From: Microcoleus sp.
GTDB taxonomy: Bacteria > Cyanobacteriota > Cyanobacteriia > Cyanobacteriales > Microcoleaceae
Assembly: GCA_052279835.1 (NCBI GenBank)
Contig: CP181291.1
Location: forward strand, 5,024,001-5,088,000
Direction of reading: 5' to 3'
Length of the DNA: 64,000 nt
How positions within the stretch are numbered: position 1 is the first letter of the stretch; each line of letters starts with the position of its first letter. The position numbers and the translations under genes are program-made. This document shows positions 21,281 to 30,158 of this stretch, piece after piece. The notes under the pieces were generated by a model. The model did no database searches, had not been told where the DNA came from, and was given only the letters and a program-made list of their open reading frames with translations.

Positions 21281-22846
21281 TCATCTCTCGTACCAACTTT
21301 GCAGCGCCAAACGATGAACTTCCCGCCAGCTAATATTGTTAAGTCGGGCAATTTCTGCACAATCTTCGTATTCCGGCTGCACATTAGTAATCATTTCTCC
21401 ACTCTTGGCAACTTTGATGTGTACTGGACCGTACTTGGTTTGAACTTTCTGGATTTCTCGGTGCAAAATAGTTCTGTGTTGAGTCGATCGCCTAATTCCC
21501 AAAGTAGTAGTTTCGCGAAAGATGACTGTTTCGCAAGCAGCCTGATGTTCGGGATGACAAATCACAGTTAACAACACCCCCAGCCGCGACTTTTTCATCA
21601 CAATTGGTTGAGTAAAAACATCCAGAGCACCGCAGACAAACAAAGCATCAAAAACATAGGCGATCGCCTGGGGACTCAAATCATCAATTTGGGTTTCCAA
21701 TACCATAATAGTTTCTTGGCAATTGGAACTGGGAAATGGGGAATCTGCGACTTTCCCCCCTTGGCGGGTGAATGGGAGGGTTGACTTATCCCCTGCAATT
21801 TTCCCCCCTTGGGGGGGGTAGGGGGGGGTTGACTTCTCCCCTGCAATTTTCCCCCCTTGGCGGGTGAATGGGAGGGTTGACTTATCCCCTGCAATTTTCC
21901 CCCCTTGGGGGGGGTAGGGGGGGGTTGACTTATCCCCTGCAATTTTCCCCCCTTGGGGGGGGTAGGGGGGGGTTGACTTCTCCCCAATCCAGAGACGCAA
22001 AATATTAGGAATTACCAGCATTCTAGAACCGGCACCCAATCCGATCGCCTGAATTTGCATAGATGGCGGCGGGCCAAACCCAGAAGCCAGAGTACAGGCG
22101 ATCGCAGTCCCCGTTGGCGTACACAATTCGCGATCGATCCCATTGCTATAAACGGGCACTTGGTGCATTTCCCACAAGCGCATCACCGCCGGTGTCGGCA
22201 CCACCAATCTGCCGTGGGCTGCTTTCACCGTACCGCCCCCAGTGGGCATTGCCGAAAAGTAACACTCATCAATATCCAACCAATCCAAACCCAAACAAGT
22301 ACCGATAATATCCACCAGTGCATCCGTAGCGCCCACTTCGTGAAAGTACACCTCCTCTGGGGAGATACCGTGGACGGCACCTTCAGCCTCTGCCAATTTC
22401 CGAAATACGGCCAAACTCCAGGCTTCCACGCGCGCCGGCAACTTAGCTGAGAGGATGATGCGCTCAATTTCTGGCAAGTGGCGATGGGGAGAGTGGCTAG
22501 TTTCGGCATCATCTTGGTGATGGTGAGAATGTTCGTCACCATGGTGATGATGGTGGTGAGTGCGATCGAATGTGGGGGATTCGGTTTCCGAGGGATCGAG
22601 GGTAGAGTCAGCAGCCAGATTTTGAGCTTTTTTCGGCAAATCCGCAATCAAATCCACATGAAATTTAGTTGCTTGTTGAGTATTGCGATGGACTAATTCG
22701 GTACGCAGTTGATACTCTGTCGAAATTCCCAGTAAATTTAATTTTTCGATTAGGTACTCCAAAGGTACGCCGGCATGGACGAGGGCTCCCAGACACATAT
22801 CGCCAGCAATACCAGTTGGGCATTCAAAATAAGCTATTTTATTCAT
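21281..22846 (-). CDS. larC: Nickel pincer cofactor biosynthesis protein LarC with an in-frame repeat insertion
   Basis: GIAGDMCLGAL, His-rich stretch, FHEVGATDALVDI, TPTG, ETQIDD, MKKSR, RETTTLGIR, PEYEDC. Confidence 0.92.
   Translation of the reverse strand: MNKIAYFECPTGIAGDMCLGALVHAGVPLEYLIEKLNLLGISTEYQLRTELVHRNTQQATKFHVDLIADLPKKAQNLAADSTLDPSETESPTFDRTHHHHHHGDEHSHHHQDDAETSHSPHRHLPEIERIILSAKLPARVEAWSLAVFRKLAEAEGAVHGISPEEVYFHEVGATDALVDIIGTCLGLDWLDIDECYFSAMPTGGGTVKAAHGRLVVPTPAVMRLWEMHQVPVYSNGIDRELCTPTGTAIACTLASGFGPPPSMQIQAIGLGAGSRMLVIPNILRLWIGEKSTPPYPPQGGKIAGDKSTPPYPPQGGKIAGDKSTLPFTRQGGKIAGEKSTPPYPPQGGKIAGDKSTLPFTRQGGKVADSPFPSSNCQETIMVLETQIDDLSPQAIAYVFDALFVCGALDVFTQPIVMKKSRLGVLLTVICHPEHQAACETVIFRETTTLGIRRSTQHRTILHREIQKVQTKYGPVHIKVAKSGEMITNVQPEYEDCAEIARLNNISWREVHRLALQSWYER
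21746..21985. repeat. Five tandem 48-bp units inside larC (two variants, order A-A-B-A-B in reading direction)
   Basis: Encode GEKSTPPYPPQGGKIA / GDKSTLPFTRQGGKIA. Confidence 0.9.
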
Positions 22847-22921
22847 TATTAACAATTAATTTTCATCATTGATTGTTTCAGCGGATATTTCCATCGCCCA
22901 ATTAGCCTGCAATATCATAAC

Positions 22922-23590
22922 ATGGCAATTATTTACGAAGTGCATCCAGTTACACCCCAAAAAGACCGAATCGAGAAGATTAAAGCTTCCCTAAAAGCTG
23001 GGGCCGTAATGCTTTATCCGACTGATACGGTTTATGCGATCGGCTGCGATATCAATGCTAAATCTGCGGTAGAACGAGTCCGGCAGATCAAGCAACTCTC
23101 TAATGATAAACCTTTAACGTTCCTCTGTTCTTCTCTGTCAAATATTGCCGAGTATGCCATTGTCACCAACGAAGCTTACAGGATTATCAAGCGATTAATT
23201 CCTGGACCTTATACGTTTGTGTTGCCAGCTACCAAGTTAGTGCCCCGGTTGGTGATGAACCCAAAACGCAAAACTACGGGCATTCGCGTGCCCGATCGCC
23301 CAATTTGTTTTACACTGTTGGAAGCCTTGGGAAATCCTATTATTTCCACATCCGCTCACATGACTACCGATGATGACGAAGGTGAAGCACCATCAGCCAC
23401 CAGCAAAACACAAAACTTTGGCAAAGCTGAACTATTTGACTGTTTGGAAAAATTGGTAGATATTATTGTTGATGACGGTTCCGATCCTGGATATCAAGTA
23501 TCTACCATCATAGATTTAACAGACAAAGAACCGGTGATTGTTCGTCGCGGTTTGGGATGGGAAGCTGCGGCTCCTTGGGCAGAGCCATAG
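22922..23590 (+). CDS. Sua5/YciO/YrdC family protein (threonylcarbamoyl-AMP synthase-like)
   Basis: YPTDTVYAIGC, PGPYTFVL, GIRVP, ISTSA, STIIDL. Confidence 0.9.
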   Translation: MAIIYEVHPVTPQKDRIEKIKASLKAGAVMLYPTDTVYAIGCDINAKSAVERVRQIKQLSNDKPLTFLCSSLSNIAEYAIVTNEAYRIIKRLIPGPYTFVLPATKLVPRLVMNPKRKTTGIRVPDRPICFTLLEALGNPIISTSAHMTTDDDEGEAPSATSKTQNFGKAELFDCLEKLVDIIVDDGSDPGYQVSTIIDLTDKEPVIVRRGLGWEAAAPWAEP

Positions 23591-23697
23591 TATAGCAGGA
23601 ACTCCCGCCTGTTTTAGCTTTGAAAATACAAGAAAACTAACTCTTGGTGGAACAGGCTGGATGGCCTGTTCTCTCAAGAAATTAACTCAAAACTTCC

Positions 23698-23982
23698 TTA
23701 AGCTTCTACCTTAACTCCTTTCCAAAAAGCAATGTAGCCTTCAATATTTTTAGCAGCATCTTTCGGAGTAGGATAATACCAAGCGGCATCTTTATTAACT
23801 TGTCCACCCACTTCAATACTGTAATAACTAGCGACACCTTTCCAACCGCAAGTAGTGTGGGTGCTGCTGTCCTTAAAATATTCACGTTTGATGGCATCTG
23901 GCGGGAAATAAAGATTGTTTTCTACGACTTCGCACTTGTCGCTCTCGGCCAAAACGGCACCATTCCAAATAGCTTTCGGCAT
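23698..23982 (-). CDS. DUF427 domain protein
   Basis: AVLAES, YFPPD, TCGWKGVASYY, AWYYPTPK. Confidence 0.9.
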   Translation of the reverse strand: MPKAIWNGAVLAESDKCEVVENNLYFPPDAIKREYFKDSSTHTTCGWKGVASYYSIEVGGQVNKDAAWYYPTPKDAAKNIEGYIAFWKGVKVEA

Positions 23983-24079
23983 CGGTTTCTCTGGTTAAAT
24001 TAAGAATTTTAATTATTGTAACTGTATTTGTACTCAAAAAGCATAGAATAATGTAGAACTCACAAACCAACTACTGCAA

Positions 24080-26275
24080 ATGTCAGGGTCGAATCTGCCC
24101 ACATCTCCTGTCCCACCCTCCCTCGAACAAGCTCTGAAACATTTCTTTGGCTATGACTCCTTCCGTGCGGGACAACGGGAAATTGTCGAAGCTGCTCTCC
24201 AAAAACGAGATCAGATGATTGTGATGCCGACAGGGGGTGGCAAGTCTTTGTGTTTTCAATTGCCAGCCCTATTGAAACCGGGTTTAAGTGTAGTTGTTTC
24301 CCCCTTAATTGCTTTGATGCAAGACCAGGTGGAAGCTTTGGTAGATAATGGAATTGGGGCGACTTTTCTCAATAGCACTTTGAATTCTCAGGAAGTGCGA
24401 TCGCGCGAAACTGCAATTCTCCAAGGTAAAATTAAACTGCTCTACGTTGCTCCAGAACGCTTGCTGGGGGAGAGATTTTTGCCATTCTTAGATATAGTAG
24501 CAGCTAAGTTGGGAATTTCGGCCTTTGCGATCGACGAAGCCCACTGCGTTTCCGAATGGGGGCACGATTTTCGTCCCGAATATCGACAAATGGAACGAGT
24601 GCGCGATCGCTACCCAGACATCCCCATTATGGCACTAACTGCCACCGCCACCGAGCGCGTCCGCCAAGACATTATCCAGCAGTTAACCCTGCGCAATCCT
24701 TACATCCACGTCGCCAGTTTCAATCGCCCCAATTTATACTACGAAGTTAGGTCCAAAAACAAGCACAGTTTTGCCGAAGTTTTGCAAATAATCCAAAAAA
24801 AAGGCGGTTCGGGAATTATCTACTGTCTCAGCCGCAAAAAAGTAGAAGAAGTTGCCTATAAATTGCAACAAAGTGGCATCCCAGCTTTACCCTATCACGC
24901 TGGCATGAACGATAGCGATCGCACAACCAACCAAACCCGCTTCATTCGTGACGACGTACAAGTAATGGTAGCCACAGTTGCCTTCGGCATGGGAATCAAC
25001 AAACCCGATGTCCGATTTGTCATTCACTACGACTTACCCAAAAATCTCGAAGGATACTATCAAGAATCAGGTCGAGCAGGCAGAGACAACGAACCATCCC
25101 ATTGTACCCTATTTTTTGGATTCGGTGATGTCAAAACCATCGAATATATCATCGATCAAAAACCCGATGAACAAGAACAGCGCATAGCCCGCCAACAATT
25201 GCGAAGAGTCATCAACTACGCTCAATCAACCGATTGTCGTCGCACAATTCAGCTAAGTTATTTTGGCGACTCCTTCCCCGGAAATTGTGGAAATTGCGAT
25301 AACTGTTGCCACCAAAAACCCGTAGAAGACTGCACAATAGAAGCCATGAAATTTCTTTCCTGCGTGGCTAGATGCAAAGAAAAATTTGGCATGAATCACA
25401 TCATAGACGTGTTGCGTGGCTCTAAAAATCAAAAAGTATTGCAATACCAACACAACCAACTTTCTACCTATGGCATCGGCAAAGATAGAAGTGCAGAAGA
25501 TTGGAAAAACTTAGTGCGATCGCTTTTACACCAAGGATTGCTAGATGAAACAACCGACGGCTTCCCAATTTTGAAACTCAACGAGAAAAGTTGGGAAGTG
25601 ATGAAACGTCAGCGCACAGTAGAAATCGCCATTCAACCCAAACGCGAAGTACAAGCAACAAATCGCTCTTTAGCCGTAGAAGTAGAAAGCTTATTTGCCA
25701 TATTACGGGCGCTGCGCAAACAAATTGCCGACGAACAATTCGTACCACCCTATGTCATCTTTGCCGATAAAAGCTTGCGAGACATGGCAGAAAAACGCCC
25801 CCAAAACCTCACAGAATTCGTAGAAGTTTACGGAGTTGGTAGCAACAAGCGAGATAAGTACGGTCAAGTTTTCTTGGAAGCGATTCGGACTTTTTGTAAA
25901 GAAAAAGGCTTACCAACAGGTGCAGCACCTTCTGTTGTAGCTCAAACTTCTAATGCTGGGAATATACCTTCTTATACACAGATGCAAACCTGGGAATTGC
26001 ACAGAAAAGGTTTAACAGTTGAAGGCATAGCAGAAATCAGAGGCATGAGTCCTACTACGATTGTTGGGCACTTAGTAGAATTAATAGATATGGATCAAAA
26101 AGTCGATATTCATTTGTTAGTGGAACCAGAAAGACAGCAACCAATTGTGCAAGCAATTGAGATAATTGGGGATGAAAGATTGAAAGCAATCTATGACTTT
26201 TTGCAAGAAGCTTATAGCTTTGAGGAGATTAAATTAGTGCGTGCTTGGTGGCGGCAAAATTACGTGGGTTTTTGA
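24080..26275 (+). CDS. recQ: DNA helicase RecQ
   Basis: MPTGGGKS, DEAHCVSEWGHDFRPEY, QESGRAGRD, RQC zinc cysteines, HRDC and C-terminal HTH. Confidence 0.96.
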   Translation: MSGSNLPTSPVPPSLEQALKHFFGYDSFRAGQREIVEAALQKRDQMIVMPTGGGKSLCFQLPALLKPGLSVVVSPLIALMQDQVEALVDNGIGATFLNSTLNSQEVRSRETAILQGKIKLLYVAPERLLGERFLPFLDIVAAKLGISAFAIDEAHCVSEWGHDFRPEYRQMERVRDRYPDIPIMALTATATERVRQDIIQQLTLRNPYIHVASFNRPNLYYEVRSKNKHSFAEVLQIIQKKGGSGIIYCLSRKKVEEVAYKLQQSGIPALPYHAGMNDSDRTTNQTRFIRDDVQVMVATVAFGMGINKPDVRFVIHYDLPKNLEGYYQESGRAGRDNEPSHCTLFFGFGDVKTIEYIIDQKPDEQEQRIARQQLRRVINYAQSTDCRRTIQLSYFGDSFPGNCGNCDNCCHQKPVEDCTIEAMKFLSCVARCKEKFGMNHIIDVLRGSKNQKVLQYQHNQLSTYGIGKDRSAEDWKNLVRSLLHQGLLDETTDGFPILKLNEKSWEVMKRQRTVEIAIQPKREVQATNRSLAVEVESLFAILRALRKQIADEQFVPPYVIFADKSLRDMAEKRPQNLTEFVEVYGVGSNKRDKYGQVFLEAIRTFCKEKGLPTGAAPSVVAQTSNAGNIPSYTQMQTWELHRKGLTVEGIAEIRGMSPTTIVGHLVELIDMDQKVDIHLLVEPERQQPIVQAIEIIGDERLKAIYDFLQEAYSFEEIKLVRAWWRQNYVGF

Positions 26276-26461
26276 TATAATGTCTGGTTGTATACAATGG
26301 TATTTTGTTCAAAATGTTAGATTGCGATGTGGCGCAGTCCGACGAGGGTTAAAACCCCCGTCTCATAGCTGAAGTCCTCCTCAGAAACTTATCCCAAATC
26401 CTAGTTGAAAACTCTCATCTCAAGAGAGGGGGAGAGGGGGAGATTGGGGGAGGGGGAGAGA

Positions 26462-26512
26462 GTTTCTTTTATTCATAACAGGCGTCGCACGCCCCTTATG
26501 AATAAAAGAAAC
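26462..26512. repeat. Long hairpin with a 17-bp perfect stem
   Basis: GTTTCTTTTATTCATAA...TTATGAATAAAAGAAAC, with an inner GGCG/CGCC stem. Confidence 0.75.
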
Positions 26513-26645
26513 CATTTCGCTCGCCTAAAAGTTGCTAGCGATCGGATATATTATTCCTGTGTCCCGAGAGTCAGACCGACAAGTCAATGGTGCTTAGAAG
26601 AGCCTGATTTAGAGCATGGTCGTGGGCATGATGATTATGACATTG

Positions 26646-26694
26646 TTGACACTCGCCCGTCCTAGAAGGACGGGGCTTGAATCCCATTTTTTTC
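26646..26694 (-). mobile_element. 49-bp IS200/IS605-derived miniature element with a single hairpin
   Basis: Minus strand: TTGAC|GAAAAAAATGGGATTCAAGCCCCGTCCTTCTAGGACGGGCGAGTGTCAA|; ends in GAGTGTCAA like the IS605-type right end at 60467. Confidence 0.6.
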
Positions 26695-26769
26695 GTCAAG
26701 GGTAATTTTACCTGATCCCGTTGAGGAGAATATAACATCACATCTGCCCACCGCTTGGGACACCTTCTA

Positions 26770-27870
26770 ATTCGATCGCCCATCCACAAAAAAACCCGAT
26801 CGCCCATCAATCCAAAAATGCGATCGCCCATCAATCGAAAAACCGAAAAACCCCGGCGGTTGAAACCGCGGCTACACAAACAAAACCCGGATGGTGCGCG
26901 GGTTGAAGATTTCACGCGATGATTTTGAATCTCCGAATACCCTCTTCGTCGGCGTCCGGCGGACATGGTTTGTGTAGACGCGGTTTCTAACCGCCGGGGT
27001 TTCTAACCGCCGAGGATTTGAAATTCGATCGCACATTTCTCCCAAATTTGATCGCCCATCCACAAAAAACCCGATCGCCCCTCAATCCAAAAATGCAATC
27101 GCCCATCCATCCAAAAATGCGATCGCCCATCCATCGAAAAATCCCATCGCCCATCCATCGAAAAACCGAAAAACCCCGGCGGTTGAAACCGCGGCTACAC
27201 AAACAAAACCCGGATGGTGCGCGGGTTGAAGATATCACGCGATGATTTTGAATCTCCGAATACCCTCTTCGTCGGCGTCCGGCGGACATGGTTTGTGTAG
27301 ACGCGGTTTCTAACCGCCGGGATTTCCAACCGCCGAGGATTTCAAATTCGATCGCACATTTCTCCCAAATTCGATCGCCCATCCACAAAAAACCCGATCG
27401 CCCATCCATCGAAAAATGCGATCGCACCTTTCTCTCAAATTCGATCGCCCTGAAACCGACCGAAAATTTGTCTGCTTTGTGGCACAGTCCGCCGGGGGTT
27501 GAAACCCCCGTCTCATAGCGAAAGTCGGTTGAAACCGACTGAAAATTCGCCTCAAACCGATACACATCAACTAATTCTTCAGTCCTCTTTTAGAGGACTT
27601 TCGCTATGAGACAGGGGTTTCAACCCCTGGCGGACTCGGCGACGAACCAACTAGCCCCTGGCGCCGACTAACTAACGGACTCACAAATCAAATTCGATCG
27701 CCCCTCCACAAAAAACCCGATCGCACATCCACCAAAAAACCCGATCGCCCCCATCCACCAAAAAACCCGATCGCCCATCAATCCAAAAATGCGATCGCCC
27801 ATCCATCGAAAAAACCCGATCGCCCATCAACCCAAAAATGCGATCGCCCATCCACCAAAAACCCGATCGC
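26770..27870. repeat. Composite repeat array of ~20-23-bp CGATCGC-containing units, with a 323-bp direct duplication of a REP-doublet element (26851-26999, 27174-27321)
   Basis: CGATCGCCCATCCA..AAAAA units; CCCCGGCGGTTGAAACCGCGGCTACACAAAC...GTTTGTGTAGACGCGGTTTCTAACCGCCGGG present twice; related half at 34136-34185. Confidence 0.85.
27486..27636. repeat. REP-doublet (REPIN-like) inverted element
   Basis: AGTCCGCCGGGGGTTGAAACCCCCGTCTCATAGCGAAAGTC...GACTTTCGCTATGAGACAGGGGTTTCAACCCCTGGCGGACT; half copy at ~26336-26385. Confidence 0.75.
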
Positions 27871-27878
27871 GGGGCCTC

Positions 27879-27943
27879 AGAAACCGGGTTTTTTCCGAAA
27901 TACTTCGCTACAACCCACAGATTCGGACAAAAACCCGGTTTCT
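27879..27943. repeat. AGAAACCGGGTTTTT inverted-repeat element; related copy at 59135-59201
   Basis: AGAAACCGGGTTTTT...AAAAACCCGGTTTCT. Confidence 0.75.
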
Positions 27944-27947
27944 TGGA

Positions 27948-30158
27948 TTATCCCCCGCCGCTAACTCCCTCCAATCGCAGGAAATGCACCCGGCCCGATC
28001 GATCGCCCGCTACAACTGTCACTCCATCAGGGGCGATCGCACAGCAACTAAACCCATACTCTCCACTAAAACTAGCAACCTCTTTGTAGCTAACCAAATC
28101 CCACACTTTTAGGGTGTTGTCGGATGAAGCGGAAACCGCTATGAGGCTATTTGGTGCGATCGCAACTGCTAATACCTCGTCAGTATGACCGGTGAGAGTT
28201 CTAGAAACAATCCCACTGAGCAAATCCCAGACTTTTAGGGTGTTATCGGATGAACCAGAAATCGCTATGAGGCCGTCTGGTGCGATCGCGACTGCTGTTA
28301 CATAGCCAGTATGACCGATGAGAGTTGTGAGTTCGGTGCCACTGAGCAAGTCCCAGACTTTTAAAGTGTTATCCCTTGAAGCGGAAATAGCTGTGAGGCC
28401 ATCTGGTGCAATCGCCACTGCTTCTACCCCCTCAGTATGACCTGTGAGAGTTCTCAGAAAAGTGCCAGTGAGTAAATCCAAGACTTTTAGGGTTTTATCC
28501 ATTGAAGCCAAAACCGCTGTTTTTCCGTCTGGTGCGATCGCGACTGCTAATACCGAGCTAGTATGATTGGTGAAAGTTGTAAGTGCAGTCCCACTCCTCA
28601 AATCCCAGACTTTTAGGATGTTATCCCTTGAACCGGAAACCGCTATGAGGCCGTCTGGTGCGATCGCCACTGCTAATACCAAGCTAGTATGACCAGTGAG
28701 GGTTGTGAGTTCGCTGCGACTATCCATATCCCAGACTTTTAGGGTTTTATCCATTGAAGCGGAAATTGCTGTTTTTCCATCTGGTGCGATCGCGACTGCT
28801 AATACCGACTCAGTATGATCGGTGAAAATTCTGATTTCTCTGCGACTGTCGATGTCCCAGACTTTTAGGCTGTGATCGGATGAAGCCGAAACCGCTGTTT
28901 TTCCGTTGGGTGCGATCGCCACTGCCAATACCCACTCAGTATGACCTGTGAGAGTTCTGAGTTCCTTGCCGATGTTCATGTCCCAGACTTTTAGGGTATG
29001 ATCCCTGGAAGCCGAAACCACTGTTTTTCCGTCTAGTGCGATCGCAAATGCTTCTACCAACTCAGTATGACCGCAGAGTATTTTGAGCAAGGTGCAACTG
29101 TCGATATCCCAGACTTTTAGGGTGCGAGCCCATGAAGCTGAAACTGCTGTTTTGCCGTCTGGTGCGATCGCGAATGCTTTTACCCCGTAATTATCACCTA
29201 TCAGAGTTTTGAATTCGTTCTCGTTGTCGATATCCCAGACTTTTAGGGTGTGATCCCGTGAAGCGAAAACTGCTGTTTTGCCGTCTGGTGCGATCGCGAC
29301 TGCTGTTATCAAGTCAGTATAATCGCTGAAAGTTCTGAGCAAGGTTCCGTTGTCTATATCCCAGAGTTTTAGGGTTTTATCCATTGAAGCGGAAATTGCT
29401 GTTTTTCCATCCGATGCGATCGCAAATGCAAATACCTCACGAGTATGACCAGTCAGGGTTTTGAGCAAGGTTCCGCTATTGATGTCCCAGACTTTTAGTG
29501 TGTTATCCTCTGAAGCAGAAACTACTGTTTTTCCGTCTGGTGCGATCGCCACTGCACGTACCCAGTCAGTATGGCCGATAAGAGTTCTGAGCAAAGTGCC
29601 ACTATCGATATGCCAGACTTTTAGGGTTTTATCCCATGAACCGGAAATCGCAGTTTTGCCGTTCGGTGCGATCGCCACTCCTGTTACCACGTTAGTATGA
29701 CCGACAAGCGTCCGCAGACACCCTTCTCCCGGTCGCTCTAAATTAGCCCTCAAAGGGCGCAGCCAGGGACTATTTTTCGACTGCTTGGCCTGTTCCAACA
29801 TCCCCTGAATCTGGGGAATTTCAAAACCTAGCAACCTGCCCCACAAATGCCCAGCCAATTGCGTTTTATCTATTTCCAAAACGTGCGCCGACTTCCGAAT
29901 TGCCCCTTGAATCAACCCCAAACTTTCACTTTGCCTCTCCGACAACAAAACATCAGAAACCCTCGCCAAATCGTAATCCTCAATTAACCCTTGAACCCCG
30001 ATCGCATCCAACTTCGCCTCAATAAAATCAAAATCCGTCAACAACTGATGCAACCGTTCCCCTTGAACACTCTCCGCCAAATGCCCCGGCAGAGTTTCCA
30101 AAGCATAAAGCCGCTTTTTCGGCGACAATTTCCCCAACCGTTCTTTAAACTTACTCAT
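27948..30158 (-). CDS. WD40 repeat protein (14 repeats) with an N-terminal APAF-1-like helical domain
   Basis: Start MSKFKERL overlaps the upstream stop; LLTDFDFIEAKL..LIEDYD and QLAGHLWGRL..PWLRPL motifs; 13 highly similar 42-aa GH..WD repeats plus a terminal repeat. Confidence 0.92.
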   Translation of the reverse strand: MSKFKERLGKLSPKKRLYALETLPGHLAESVQGERLHQLLTDFDFIEAKLDAIGVQGLIEDYDLARVSDVLLSERQSESLGLIQGAIRKSAHVLEIDKTQLAGHLWGRLLGFEIPQIQGMLEQAKQSKNSPWLRPLRANLERPGEGCLRTLVGHTNVVTGVAIAPNGKTAISGSWDKTLKVWHIDSGTLLRTLIGHTDWVRAVAIAPDGKTVVSASEDNTLKVWDINSGTLLKTLTGHTREVFAFAIASDGKTAISASMDKTLKLWDIDNGTLLRTFSDYTDLITAVAIAPDGKTAVFASRDHTLKVWDIDNENEFKTLIGDNYGVKAFAIAPDGKTAVSASWARTLKVWDIDSCTLLKILCGHTELVEAFAIALDGKTVVSASRDHTLKVWDMNIGKELRTLTGHTEWVLAVAIAPNGKTAVSASSDHSLKVWDIDSRREIRIFTDHTESVLAVAIAPDGKTAISASMDKTLKVWDMDSRSELTTLTGHTSLVLAVAIAPDGLIAVSGSRDNILKVWDLRSGTALTTFTNHTSSVLAVAIAPDGKTAVLASMDKTLKVLDLLTGTFLRTLTGHTEGVEAVAIAPDGLTAISASRDNTLKVWDLLSGTELTTLIGHTGYVTAVAIAPDGLIAISGSSDNTLKVWDLLSGIVSRTLTGHTDEVLAVAIAPNSLIAVSASSDNTLKVWDLVSYKEVASFSGEYGFSCCAIAPDGVTVVAGDRSGRVHFLRLEGVSGGG

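Noticed and set aside
21676..21987. Alternative-frame Pro-rich ORFs over the larC insert, and likewise at 41684-42110
   Set aside because: Shadow frames of stop-free G/C tandem repeats inside real genes
21281..22846. Intein or intron explanation for the in-frame insertions in larC, mutM, nnr and the EAL gene
   Set aside because: No intein C/S...HN termini or homing-endonuclease motifs, and no group I/II intron features; the inserts are short repeats
26770..27870. Possible CRISPR array
   Set aside because: Units are degenerate and vary in length, the intervening sequences are themselves duplicated rather than unique spacers, and no cas genes are in the window
26405..28112. ORFs of 63-192 aa in the repeat region
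   Set aside because: They are translations of repeats (WMGDR/RSPIH periodicity) open in several frames on both strands, with no protein-like content
27948..30158. Diversity-generating retroelement acting on the WD40 gene
   Set aside because: No reverse transcriptase and no template/variable repeat pair with adenine-specific differences seen
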